The position numbers and the translations under genes are program-made. From Octopus sinensis (taxonomy: Eukaryota): a stretch of DNA of 64,000 nt. The stretch's first letter is position 1. Every line of letters starts with the position of its first letter. Location of the stretch: contig NC_043008.1 in the NCBI RefSeq assembly GCF_006345805.1, forward strand, positions 76,446,001 through 76,510,000. The letters run 5' to 3'. Below, one piece after another: positions 1 to 11,795 of this stretch. Below the pieces are notes generated by a model, which worked only from the letters and a program-made list of their open reading frames with translations, was not told the DNA's origin and searched no databases.

Positions 1-102
1 ATACTGGATGCGGGCTACTTCAAACTATCAAACTGTTCAAGCAGAGAAGATAGATTATTTTGGTAATTTTTAGTCAAATTATTGAGCAGTGATAGCAAAA
101 AT

Positions 103-332
103 GCGGCGAGCTGGCAGAAACGTTAGCACGCCGGGCAAAATGCGTAGCCGTATTTCGTCTGCCGTTACGTTCTGAGTTCAAATTCCGCCGAGGTCGACTT
201 TGCCTTTCATCCTTTCGGGGTCGATAAATTAAGTACCAGTTATGCACTGGGGTCGATGTAATTGACTTAATACCTATGTCTGTCCTTGTTTGTCCCCTCT
301 ATGTTTAGCCCCTTGTGGGTAATAAAGAAATA
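103..332 (+). mobile_element. tRNA-derived SINE, family A (full length)
   Basis: Head GCGGCGAGCTGGCAGAAACGTTAG with B-box-like GAGTTCAAATTCC; body GCCTTTCATCCTTTCGGGGTCGATAAA; tail GCCCCTTGTGGGTAATAAAGAAATA. Close copies at 17831 and 20590. Confidence 0.9.
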
Positions 333-499
333 GGTATTTTAAATGCAAAATTATATATTTATATGTTTTGTAATTTTAATTTCGTTTGTGAAATGAAGCA
401 ATTGTAGGTGAATAAGGCAAATAATTAATAAATTAATTTGTATCCATTAAATATATCTGTTTTCTAACTCGATAATATTTGATATTTTACAATGTTTTA

Positions 500-513
500 T
501 ATAATATATTCAT

Positions 514-580
<67 letters not shown>
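500..580. repeat. (TA)n microsatellite
   Basis: Direct observation. Confidence 0.95.
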
Positions 581-581
<1 letters not shown>

Positions 582-588
582 TGAGGTC

Positions 589-793
589 TATATGCGATCA
601 CCGTATAATGACTAAAGGAAATATAGGGGCATAAATGCCATCGACGAAAAGAAGTAGGATTTCTGCACGCAAGGGTCACGAACCCACAGTTCTTTGTTTG
701 AAATACGTACGAAAACCTTACTTTTTTCCGTTGAGGGCTTATATACCCCAGTATTAGATTATCTTCTTAGTCATTACACGGTTATTGCTTATA
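589..793. repeat. Imperfect fold-back (MITE-like hairpin)
   Basis: TATGCGATCACCGTATAATGACTAA (591-615) pairs with TTAGTCATTACACGGTTATTGCTTA (767-791); inner arms GGGGCATAAATGCCATCGACGAAAAGAAGTAGG / CCTTACTTTTTTCCGTTGAGGGCTTATATACCCC. Confidence 0.7.
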
Positions 794-3019
794 AGCTTTA
801 AACTTATTAAATATTGTTATCATCATTTACAGAATCGTAAAAAAATAGACAATTTTAGAATATATATATGTGAAATCGTTTTTGCTAAGCGGTGTCGATT
901 TTTACAACTCTGTAACTGATACAAATATCGTATCTTTCTACCGGCCATTTCATCATCATGAACCTCTAATTCCTACACATTTTTTCGCTCTCCGTTATTT
1001 TCCCTCTCAAGCCTTCCTGTCGAAACGTCAAAGACTTTTTCTAGTCTTCTGAGAAATGATTATGCAAAAGAATCAAGAATTTCTTACCTACGTTAGTTGT
1101 AATTTTTACATTTTACGAAACATAATTTACCTAGGTCTATTTTTATGATTTATATTTTCACTTGAACGGTTGAATCAATTTCTTATCTTTGAAGCCGTTG
1201 TTTACTTGGGCATTGTTATGGTAGGTGGTTCCCTTATCAAATACTTCTTTAGCAGATGGGAGATTACTGATGTTAGCTTTCAAGTTTTTAAACACTATAG
1301 GGATAAACAGATGTTTTTCTATATAGGAGGATTTCTCATTTTGTTTATGGCACGGTATGTAAGAGTGGGAGTTTAGATCCAGGGAAACATCTAAAAAGTC
1401 GACTTTTGACAGATTAATGATAACAGCTATTTTGAAGCCTAAATGACAAAAGGTATCAATGAAATTTTTTCTAAATTTATCAAAATATAAGGTATTCCCA
1501 ACCCATCATACCGGTATAGGTCAATATCATGGGATGGGACAGACGCTCGATTAAGTTATCATAATCATCAACGAGAGCTCACTCACTGTTGTATCTCTCG
1601 AGACCCTGACGCTGCGCACTTCATCAGGCGTCTATGATAAACTCTGTCGTCTATGATGTAGAAGTCATAGTAACTCTTCAAGGTACCATAAATGAAAAGG
1701 AAAATCACAACGGTTTTCCGAAGGCGATTTCAAAAGACTTTATGGAAACCACTTAATTTTTTCCAGCATATCGATAAATGTAAAACATGTGACTTAGCTA
1801 ACTATGCATGACTTTTGAAGACTAGCTGACATCACAAGTGGAGAATCGTAGAGAAACCCATGCCATATGTAAATTGATCTAAGAAATCAACTTATGCGCA
1901 GCTGAAAATTCGCACGTTCTTTTTAGGTCTTAAAATTCCACCAGATACGATACTTTCAGCAAATGCAAGCATATAAACAAATTTCTTTCGGTGAACTGGA
2001 AGACACCAACCTCTCCGGATTGAGCGGCTGTCTCGAACACTTTAGACTCTTCTTCGTTGAATTATTCTACAACAACTAGTTTAATTATGCCTTTTTACCA
2101 TGAAAGTTGATGCAAATCTAATTTTCATTTCTTTTATTCCCTTTTTTCCGTTTTTATTCACACTTACACTTTTTTAATCAACCATATCAACTATCTTCTC
2201 GTTTCTACCCGTGACTTCTCAGGTACCAGCGTGCTGAATTTCAGATAGAATAGATCTGTGCTCAGAGCCTGTATATGGCCTGGAGACACGAGGCATGTTA
2301 TAAAAACTTGTCTGAGCACGTATCTCGGATCTTTTCGCTTTGACTTCGTATACTGGTAGTGTGTTACATAAAACATATTTTTCTCTTGGCTTTCTAGAGA
2401 AAGTTCTGTAGTTTGTAAGCTATTTGTTGTTTAATTTCTTGCATTTCGGCAATTTCAAACAATCAATGACGTCTAATTGAGGTGAATACAATTTCTGCCG
2501 TATTTTGTCAACAACATTTTCTGGCGGTACTCTGTGGCCATAAACTGAGGGGTCACTCGTAAACAGAGCTGGATAACAAAACCGTTCCCTCTTTAGTGTC
2601 CACCCATAATTATGACCCTAGTATCGATGCAATACAGCCCATAGTGTACACTTAGATGAGTAAATACATCATAACTAAAACGGAAATTAATTTGAACTTA
2701 TTTTAATTAGATGATGACAGTTTTGTTTTCGCCCAAATACTGGATGCGGGCGACTTCAAACTATCAAACTGTTCAAGCAGAGAAAATAGATTATTTTGGT
2801 AATTTTTAGTCAGTGATAGCAAATGGCATATTTATCTTGATTTTTTTAATGATTCGAACATGATTGTCAATTTATATCTATTCCCATTTTTAGAAGGAAC
2901 ATTGGAGCAAGCAAGACAATCAATAGCTATAAGTAGTATCGATAAGAATAGTAATGATAGAATCCAATTAACGATGTTTGTAATATAAATGAATTATTCA
3001 CACGATAACACTAAGCTCA

Positions 3020-3400
3020 ACGATAAAAAGATTCTGTTAGCTTTGAGGAATCCATATATCAAGATACAGTTACACCCATTAGTTTTATTTTTCATGTAAA
3101 GAGATGCGTGGATGATTTGTGCCTTTCACCCAATTCTCTACTGTCATCTCAATATGTTGACGATATCAGAGAGGACACTTGAACCTGTCTTGCACGGCAT
3201 GTTATTTAAAACCTTAATCTTGAAATCTGTATCTGTCAACTACAGACCAATACCTTAATCTCTCTCGCATAAGTAAAAGCTATCTCTTGGATGATTGATA
3301 ACCAATTTGGTCTGAAATAAAATTAGAACATAACACTGCATCCTTTCTCTTGAATTTCAAAAATATTTGCTATTGCCAGCAAAGATAATTTTTTTTCTGT
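3020..3400 (-). pseudogene. Very old L1/Tx1-type RT remnant
   Basis: Manual translation LTDTDFKI...SVLSDIVN...CILIYGFLKA resembles LLNTDYKI...VLPDII...DFEKAFD; many stops. Confidence 0.35.
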
Positions 3401-4572
3401 TATGTTTGACACATTTGTGAGTCAATTCAAACATTTTTTATGAACCAATAGTTATGTTGGTCACATACGTCATTCTATAAATCTCTATAAATTCTATCCC
3501 TGTGGTCTACAATATATATGCTGATATACATTTCACATGCATGTACAATTTACAATTTGACGTAGAGATTATGGTATATATATTTGCTTCATTACGTTTC
3601 ATATTTTTACGGAAAAGGCACACCATTAGTAAACACTATGGAATTCTTCTACTTAGCTTCATCAAAATAAATTCCGAGTTAACGCAGGATGCTTAATAAC
3701 TTTTGGTTTATGATGCGTTGAGATATATTTCAGTGGCAATCGTAAACAGACTGCCTGCAATGCTACAAGCCACATCAATAATTTAATCAACCAATTTTCT
3801 TATTGTTATTAGGATCAATTACACGTATTATCTAGTCATCACGAAGAAGATATTTATCAGTGACGGACAATTCTGTTAAAAGGAAAATTGAACATTCCTA
3901 GAAGTGTCCATTAAAACTTTACGTTTCATTGTAAATCTGTGTCGTATCCGTTTTCATTATTGAATTACAGATAAAGTTGCTGACATAATGAAGCAGCACA
4001 CAGTTTATATTAGAGCCCCGAATAAAGAGAATTCCCAACAGAATATTGAAATAATGAATTAGACATTAGACAAAACGAATGACAATGTATATATCAGCAT
4101 CAATAAAGAATAGGTTTGTAAAATTGAGTGATACATTACCGTGAAATTTCTAATGCGTCTTAATATTGACGTTTTGTTGAAGACGTTCTTTGCTTAAGTT
4201 TGGTTTCTAGACTTCAGTTTCAATTCTCCTTTCTAAATACATTTCCTTACACGAAGATATTCATTACTTTCCTATAGATATCATCAACGAATATATAATT
4301 TTGTGAAAATTAGAGGTTAACGGGGTTTCTGCTAAGAATCTATATCACTTATCTTTTACCTGTAACAACATGAAAGTATGAAAGGATACAGGAATATCAC
4401 AAACCCTCAGAAAAGATCGAAATCACTGCAACATTCTACCGTTTTCGGATCAGTTTCACTCTATTTCTATAGTGGATGAAATTCTTTTATAATTGTTAAT
4501 ACTAATCATATAGTTGTTTCCAAATTATAAGCAATAGCTATAGTTCCGTCTTTAAACTCCACAGGCACGTAA

Positions 4573-5200
4573 GTGCCGCCAGTCGGAGCTACCCGAGATG
4601 TGTGTAGAGCGATGAAACCGTTCTGTGCGACAATTTCTGTCGAGCACTTGCTGTCGAGTGTCGCACGAATCCGGCTATCAACCGAGTCTATTGTTAAGAC
4701 TGCTCCGCCTCTTTACTTTGATCGGGAAAGAAGGGCAGTTTCCATCTACCTCTTGGCCATGGCGAAAATGGTTGAGTGGTGGACAAGATTGAAAGCGCTG
4801 AAGACGGGCACTTCCCTCTCTGGCGAATCTCTGAACAACTTTTTCAGGTCCCACTTGAAGAGTTGGATCAGAGTGGAGAGGGAGGTGCTTCCTTCTAGCA
4901 AATTTATTGAAATGTGGATGAGATTGGTGAGCACGGATCGCGTGAACGGGCTTGCACTGAGCATGATCTTCTGAGTGAAGTAAGCGAGAGGGGAAGCACT
5001 TGCCGGGATTTTCTGTGTGGTTTGCACAGTTTTCTCTTGAAGGTCTCCACCTATTGAGGAATTGTACTTGGTTAATTTTACTGTTCATTTTTGTTATTGG
5101 TTTATATGTTTACACGTTTAAGGCCTCCGTTTGTACCTTTGCATTTGCGTCCCTGTGTGTTCTATGTGAGCCCATGTGGCCAACAAAGGAATTGTTATTA
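4573..5200 (+). mobile_element. Tx1 (L1-clade) LINE 3' fragment: ORF2 C-terminus plus 3' UTR
   Basis: APPLYFDRE...AKMVEWWTRLKALK...FFRSHLKSWIRVEREVL is homologous to ORF 31363-31668; 3' end GAGCCCATGTGGCCAACAAAGGAA then TTA repeats. Confidence 0.8.
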
Positions 5201-5352
5201 TTCCGTCTTTAAGTTCTGAGTTCAAATTCTGCCGGGGTCGACGTTGCCTTTGATCCTTTCGTGGTCGATGAAATAAGTACCAGTTACGATATATTCGACA
5301 GCCCCTTTCCCCAAAAAATTGTTGGCCCTATGTCTATAGTAGAAAGGATTAT
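5201..5352 (+). mobile_element. SINE family A, 5'-truncated, alternative tail
   Basis: TTCTGAGTTCAAATTCTGCC...GCCTTTGATCCTTTCG...GGCCCTATGTCTATAGTAGAAAGGATT. Confidence 0.75.
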
Positions 5353-5440
5353 TACTATATTATTATTATTATTATTATTATCATCATTATCATCATCATC
5401 ATCATCATCATCATCATTATTATTATTATTATTATTATTA

Positions 5441-5479
<39 letters not shown>

Positions 5480-5570
5480 CATCATCAACATCATCATCAT
5501 CATCATCGTCATCATCATTATTATTATTATTATTATTATTGTTGTTGTTCTTGTTCTTGTTATTATTATT
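5353..5570. repeat. Compound (TTA)n/(CAT)n/(TTG)n microsatellite
   Basis: Direct observation; source of spurious ORFs 5261 and 5355. Confidence 0.95.
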
Positions 5571-5850
5571 GAGTGAAAGAGCAGTGCATGCCATCAAAGT
5601 GACACTTGGGTAAAATAAACGAAGCCCAGTACACCTGTCATTATTATGCAACTGATGAGGGTACACCAGGCACATGCATCACAACCATATGTGCTCAACA
5701 TAGTGATTAATATCAAGATAAACAGCGCATAATCTTGCAGGTGGAGCCCTGTTAGAATTTTCTTCAGGTCGAGTAGCCCATCAAGCTCAAAAGATCTATG
5801 AATAAGGGTTGTTTAAGGATGATGAACAAACCACTCATATTTCCAAAGAA
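5571..5850 (-). mobile_element. Non-autonomous (TAA)n-associated element, 3' part (probably R4/Dong-related)
   Basis: Reverse-complement copy at about 63520-63792; both end ...GCATGCACTGCTCT(T/C)TCACTC followed by (AAT)n. Confidence 0.7.
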
Positions 5851-6790
5851 CTTCCTTTATCAAGACCATTTTTCTTTCTTTTCCTTTTGGTTATTTTATG
5901 ACAATCGTGGATGACCATCTGTTGGAATATTCCGGTTGTGGGGTACTTCCAGCTCCTGTTTCCTGAAGATTTGAACCAGTCGCTGATTTTTCGTATCCAA
6001 TCTGGTTCCTCACTGAGGTACGCGGCCATTGCTTATCCAGGGTGACGGCTGATTTGGTTTGTATTTTGCTTCGTTATCACTGAGGCATGGCGAGTTTAGA
6101 CATTGACATTAGGAAACGGATCTGTCTGTTTAGGGTTAATTTTTTGAGACAACACCGCCTCCGAGTTCTCTGAATGAAAACATTGCTCGTAACATACCTT
6201 CTTTAGGCTAACGGATCTGTATTCGTCTGTTTTTTTCTTCTGATAGATTTATCGGCGGGCATAGTTTTGTTTTTGGTGGGGGATGTTTTTAAAGTTATGA
6301 ATTATTCCTTTTGTCTGTGCTAATTCGAAAAAACAAATTGTTTTGTTATATTTTTTTTGCTTCGTTTGTGACACATGCTTTCATATGTCCTGTAAATTTC
6401 ACGTAGTTGTTTAAACATTTGGATGTATCTGTTGCCCTATGGGTATTCAGATGTATATAAGATTGTGTAGACATTCGACTGTATGTGTAATTAATCAATT
6501 TGCGTACTTAATGTTTTGTACATTTATATTTTATAAATTGTACTTTCCGATGTTGATTTCGCATGTGTCTTTTGCACATGTTTCACTGAGACATCATGCA
6601 TGGGAGAAACTGTGCTTTGAATGGCCGTAAAATTTCGTTTTTGTGATTAGTTTCCTTAAAAGGCCGCTTCCTTCAATACTTTCACATGTCCCTTCATCTC
6701 ATTCCACTGATGTTATTAGATTAGATTTGTTTTCAAATGGAGAACCCAGTGTAGCACATCCATGTTATTATACAGCGCGGACTTACAATT
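5851..6790 (-). mobile_element. Degenerate R4/Dong-like LINE fragment (pre-RT region)
   Basis: EEPDWIRKI-type peptide (ORF 5835-6029); bounded by a TTA tract and in the same orientation as the neighbouring Dong. Confidence 0.4.
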
Positions 6791-6816
6791 TATTATCATT
6801 ATTATTATTATTGTTA

Positions 6817-8871
6817 TCTTTTTTTCTTCTTCTTTCAAATTTGCTTCCATTTCTTGCCGAGTGTCTTCCCGACTCCTAGGGCAAAGAAACTCATAGTATA
6901 CATTGGTAGGCCATTAAACTAAACTCACTAGTTCGTTCATTTTTTTTTTAAGTTAAATTAAAATACATAGGTAGTAATAGTTCTCACATCGGCAATGCTC
7001 TTCTCAATACGTGTGATGTACCAGTTAAGACAATCTTTTGCACTTCTTGCAGGGATGGTAAGCCAGGGATCATTCTCATATAATTTTCGGTTCCCTTCTT
7101 GATCATTCCTAGGGCTCCTACGATCACTGGTATTGTAACCGCCTTGAGATGCCACATTTTCTCAATTTCAATGAGCAAGACTTTATATTTTCTGAGCTTG
7201 TCAAACTCTTTCGCCGAGATATTATGATCACAGGGGATGCTCATGTGGATCAATAAGCAAACTTCATTGTTTTGGTCTTTCACAACAATATCCGGTTTAT
7301 TGGCTTTGATGGTTCGGTCTGTATGTACTGGAAAGTCCCACAGAATCGTTACATTTTCTCCTTCAGTTACAGCTTCAGGGTGGTGATTATACCACTTGTC
7401 GGCAGTTTTGATATTGTAATGCCGACTTATTAGCCAATGTAGATATTGGCCAACTCTGTCATGTCTTAATTTATACTCCACTGGTGCTAAGACTTTACAT
7501 CCAGAGATTAGGTGGTCCACTGTTTCAATCATGTCGTTGCAGAATCGGCATTTTGGTTCTGCCCCATTTTTCATCACATTGGCCTGGTAGTTCCGGGTTA
7601 ATAGGCTTTGATCTTGAGCAGCCAGGATGAAACCTTCGCTCTCTGCTTTTAGCCCTGAGCTCCGTAGCCACTGATGGGATTGCTTCTGGTCAACATCAGC
7701 TTGTTTGCTACGGGCCACATATTTGCCGTACAGAGGTTTCTCCTCCCACCTATCAGCCAATTGCTCGTGCGCTTTTTTCGTTGCCATTATTTTCACCTTC
7801 TTTGCAACAATAGTCGCCGTACTTCCCTCGGGTTGTTCAGTTTGGGTATCCTGCACGAGATCAATAGCAATTTTTTTGCTTTTCTTTATGATAGAATGAA
7901 GCTTCTTTCGTCTCTCGTGATTTTCCACGAGCTTTAGCATCCAGTCATTCGTTATTTCAAGATATTTGGCCAGTCCAATTGTGTTTGTTTTGTATGCTAG
8001 TTCAAATTGGATCAGGCCTCGACTTCCTTGGGCTCTGGGAAGGTAAAGGCGATCTACGTCTGCCTTTGGGTAGTGCATCCTATTACAACTCAGCAGCTTG
8101 CGTATTTTCCTATCTATATTCTTTACTTCACTCATATTCCAGTTCAACACATTGTAGCTATAAGTAACAAGTGGAACTGCTAAGGAATTTATAGCTAACA
8201 CCTTGTTACGTGCATTTAGTTCAGATTTCAGGACTGCACGAACTCTCCTATAACATTCCTTTCTGATCTTCTCTTTCATGCTTGCATGCTGAATACCAGA
8301 GCCTTCATTTATCCCTAAATATTTGTATGTCTGTTCTTGCTCAAGCTCTCTTATGACTGTGTCAACATCTAACAGGACTGAGTTTGTGGTCTTCACTTTC
8401 CCTTTCTGGAAAGTGGCCTTGGCACACTTCTCAAGCCCAAACTCCATCCCGATGTCATCGCTGAATGCTTTCACAGTGCGCAATAGGCCTTCAAGTTCAT
8501 TATCCTATTTACCATAGAGTTTTAAGTCATCCATATAAAACAGATGGCTTATTTTTTTATTGGCAATTTTATACCCATACCCTGTTCTGTTTAATTCACT
8601 TGTAAAGGGTATTAGGGCTATGCAGAATATTAAAGGTGAAAGTGAGTCACCTTGAAAAATTCCACAGTTGATGTTTATATTCTCTGAGGCAAGTACTCCA
8701 TTAGAGTGGTATAATTGGAGATTCGTGTTCCACAACGACATATTGTGCTTCAGGAAGCTTGAAATCACAGGGGAAATTTTGAAGATGTCCAGCGATCTCA
8801 AGATCCATGGAAACGGTATACTGTCGAAGGCCTTTTTATAGTCAATCCATGCGGAGCTGAGATTTCTGCGC
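6817..8871 (-). mobile_element. R4/Dong-clade non-LTR retrotransposon, 5'-truncated, young
   Basis: RT motifs WIDYKKAFDSI, GIFQGDSLSP, YMDDLKLY; CCHC CRFC..ETVDHLISGC; RHD; REL KPDIVV; flanked on both sides by (TTA)n. Confidence 0.93.
6984..8871 (-). pseudogene. RT-CCHC-REL polyprotein, truncated, one in-frame TAG at 8505-8507
   Basis: ORFs 8505-8966 and 6984-8483 are in the same frame: ...DDLKLYGK*DNELEGLLRTVKAF... Confidence 0.9.
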
Positions 8872-8929
<58 letters not shown>

Positions 8930-9640
8930 CCTTTTCTCTTGTTTCATGAAATTGGTATCGTCCCACAAATCATGGTGTAGAATGGAAAACATTTTTTTTT
9001 TCTGTCAGCAGGCGTTTTTCTTTTATTCTGTTCTTCATATCTGCTCTTACTTCGTATTAAAGATATTCTGCATGACTCTCGCTAACAGATTGCAGCTGGT
9101 TGAAATGTTTCCTGCACTTCAACTACTTCAAATTTAAAACAATATTTTTTACGATTTATTCCCCAAATCCTCTGTCACTGTTTCCAAGGATCTAAAAATA
9201 ACCGGCAGTATCCATAACCTTTTTAACTTCTCTGTTTCAGAACTTCAGGATTTCATACTTCAAGTTAGTATAATACTCCTCTTCCTTTCTTTTATCTCTT
9301 TGTGTCACATAGGCTTGTGATGTCGATAACAATGCATACTTCCTTTGTCAACGATTACAGTACCCTGTTGTATTCCTTATTTGGCTTACACAGTAAAGTT
9401 CAACAAAAGCTTCACTTCGCCGTTTTCAAAAGCTTGCATTGCTATTTCCATAAAAATGATTATAGCTTCTTTTTCTATCCTTGCAAAGTCAAATTTCCTG
9501 TAAAAATTCCATTGCATTGCTACAGAAGATCTTATTTCTATATTTAATATATTCATTCCGTATTAGCTGTGTACTTTCTAATACAATGAGCTATGGATTT
9601 CAGTTGAATAATTATATAATCTGCATTTGGGCAAGCTGTC
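8930..9640 (-). mobile_element. Degenerate R4/Dong-like N-terminal fragment
   Basis: HDLWDD peptide and K/E-rich pre-RT composition; adjacent to the TTA tract. Confidence 0.4.
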
Positions 9641-9654
9641 TACCATTCTCTTGT

Positions 9655-9860
9655 AGGCTGGTAGAATGGCGGAATTTTTAGAGAGACAGGAAAAAATGCT
9701 TGCAGCATTTATTTGACACTTTGCAATGTCATTTAAACCATTCGGGAATCAACTTTGCCTCCAAGATCGATAAATTAAAGTACCAATGAAGTAGTGGGAT
9801 CAATGGCATTGACTAGTACTCTCTCTCAAAAATTACCAGTCATGTGCCGACATTATAAAC
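9655..9860 (+). mobile_element. SINE family A, degenerate
   Basis: GGCTGGTAGAAT...ACTTTGCCTCC..GATCGATAAATTAAAGTACC... Confidence 0.6.
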
Positions 9861-10715
9861 CATTACTTTTGTTGTTGTCGTCGTCGTTGTTTTTGTTGCT
9901 GCTGCTACTGCTACATCTGCTGCTACTGCTACATCTGCTGCTACTGCTACATCTGCTGCTATTTAAACCATCCCTATCAGTGAAGTTTCGTAAACATTCT
10001 ATGGATTGAATTGTATTTGTTCCCGAATGGTGACTTGCGTTCGTTGTTTAGTTTACCAAACCTAAGTGACTCTTGCCTGCATTAAGTGGAATTCTGCTTG
10101 CTTCAAGTATCAGGTCATAACTCTGGTCTCATGATGGCTATTTTTCTTTCTCTCGTGATAGCAACACTGAAAACATTGTTACGTGCTGTTATTTTTCTTT
10201 CTTTATTTTTTTCACTAAGCTGTTAGACACCATAATAATTATCGCAATATAATGTGAATAAGGTTATAATTGACCATTTGCCAAATTATTCTTCAAAACT
10301 AGACATCTTTACTGTTAGAAGCAATTATACTGGATAATTACAATCACAAACTAAACCTGGTTAACAATTGTTGTTTGCAAACAGCGAGAGTAATTTGTCT
10401 CGGCTGCAGCAATATTTTTTATATAAATTTGTGCATTAAATCTTTTAATAAAGCGATATTTTAACCGTCGTTTAAATTATTTCTAAATTACACTAGCTTT
10501 CAGAGTCTTGCTGAAGTATATGGTAAAATCGTAGCATAAAAAAGAAGTTAACTTCTGATTCTTCGCGAAGATTTCCAAAAAAATAGGAATCCGTAAATAA
10601 GGAATTCTTAACTGACTAAAATTCTAGGAAATTATTAATTAAATCTATATCAATATTAAATACTTCGATTTTGGTTTCCAATATTCTTTATGTGAGTTCA
10701 TGCGTTGAAGCATAT

Positions 10716-10899
10716 TCATTTTCTTTATGTGCCTTATAATTTAACACACTCACCGGTAAAATTTCCGCTTATTTCCTTATTTTTATTTTCCTAAAATTTT
10801 CGTTGCGACTTGCAATTTTTTTAATTGTCAAGATTATTGAAAAGGTTGCAAGACGCAACCGGTGAGTGTGTTAAATTATAAGGCACAAAAAGAAAATGA
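10716..10899. repeat. Fold-back element (inverted PLE pLTR-like arms)
   Basis: 42-bp outer inverted repeat 10716-10757 / 10858-10899 (1 mismatch); inner arms GTTGCGACTTGCAA / TTGCAAGACGCAAC. Confidence 0.85.
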
Positions 10900-10949
10900 C
10901 TCTTCCCAGACACAAGAGAATGCATTTTTCTTTTCTCCACTTCAAAGGT

Positions 10950-11795
10950 AAAGCCAAATTCGACCACATCAAGAACTAAACCTTCTCTTTCTGTTATGTC
11001 AAATTTGACTTCATGTGGTTGGTGATGAAAGCATAGTTTTAAGAGCATGTCCATTAGATATTTCATATGCCAAAAGGAATTTAGCGTCGAAACTTAATGA
11101 AATTCCAATCATTTATATAGTTTCACAGCTGTTAGCATCATTGAATTCTGTTAACATTGTTAAGTTTTCTGTATTTACAAATTGCACAAACGTATAGTGA
11201 ACTGAAAGGAACTGTAAAGTCGACATGTCCGCCTACCTTAGGATTTCTTCAAGAAATAAATATGAAGTAAAAGAAATACCCTTATATACTGTCCACATTC
11301 GTCATGGTTATCAAACAATATGTCCGCTTTGTTGGTTTTTTTTTCATGGGTATCCGTAGAAATTTGCATGCAAATTTTATCTTTCTTTGCCAAATATGAG
11401 CGCATTCACACGAGTAACCATTGCTCAGGTGCCATGTTAATCACCCAAGTAAATGCTCACCATTTTCAAGTGTGTACTAAGATATTATTTTATATTTCTG
11501 TATTTTAAATGCCTTTCAAATTTGATTTTTTTCCGTAAACTGTATACAAACTATTTCAAATGTACATATGAATAAGGCTGCACTCTTCCATTAAATGCCA
11601 CTGACAAATTATCAGTATCATGACTTTCTTCAGTTCTGGTGTCATTATCATGAAATTGAATGATTAATTTCTCCACTTCAACAAATTCTATTTTACCTAG
11701 TAAACCTTGTGTTCGCATATCACTTTTTTTCTTTTCTGCGCTAGTTGCAAAAGTCGTGTGCGCTTGCATAAGTGCGCAGTATGACGGGAGCACTG
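10950..11795 (-). pseudogene. Decayed Gypsy pol: RNase H C-half and integrase
   Basis: TYAS/TFATSAEKKKSDMRTQGL ~ YASRTLTSAEKNYSQIEKEGL; RTEESHDTDNLS ~ RKTEEHGNADALS; FHHQPHEVKFDITER ~ YHPQSNGxAER. Confidence 0.55.

Noticed and set aside
1018-1053. GTCGAAACGTCAAAGACTTTTTCTA, resembling the pLTR at about 56105-56125
   Set aside because: Only the 3' half is present, with no CUGANGA; at best a remnant.
1600-1632. Minus-strand CCTGATGAAGTGCGCAGCGTCAGG, HHR-like
   Set aside because: No GAAA half; cannot fold as a hammerhead.
1850-2110. Possible pogo/Tigger CENP-B-like remnant (IPPDTILSANA, SGCLEHF)
   Set aside because: Similarity too weak to call by eye.
2180-2600. Sequence that looks like a dispersed repeat (also 61330-61480 and 62150-62700)
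   Set aside because: No second copy, termini or coding motif in this window to support a call.
5652-5670. CTGATGAGGGTAC
   Set aside because: No partner GAAA or stem; not conserved in the second copy (TTGATAAGGGTAC).
5261-5675. Poly-L/Y/H/N/I ORFs here and similar YI/CV/LS-repeat ORFs across the window
   Set aside because: They are translations of microsatellites, not genes.
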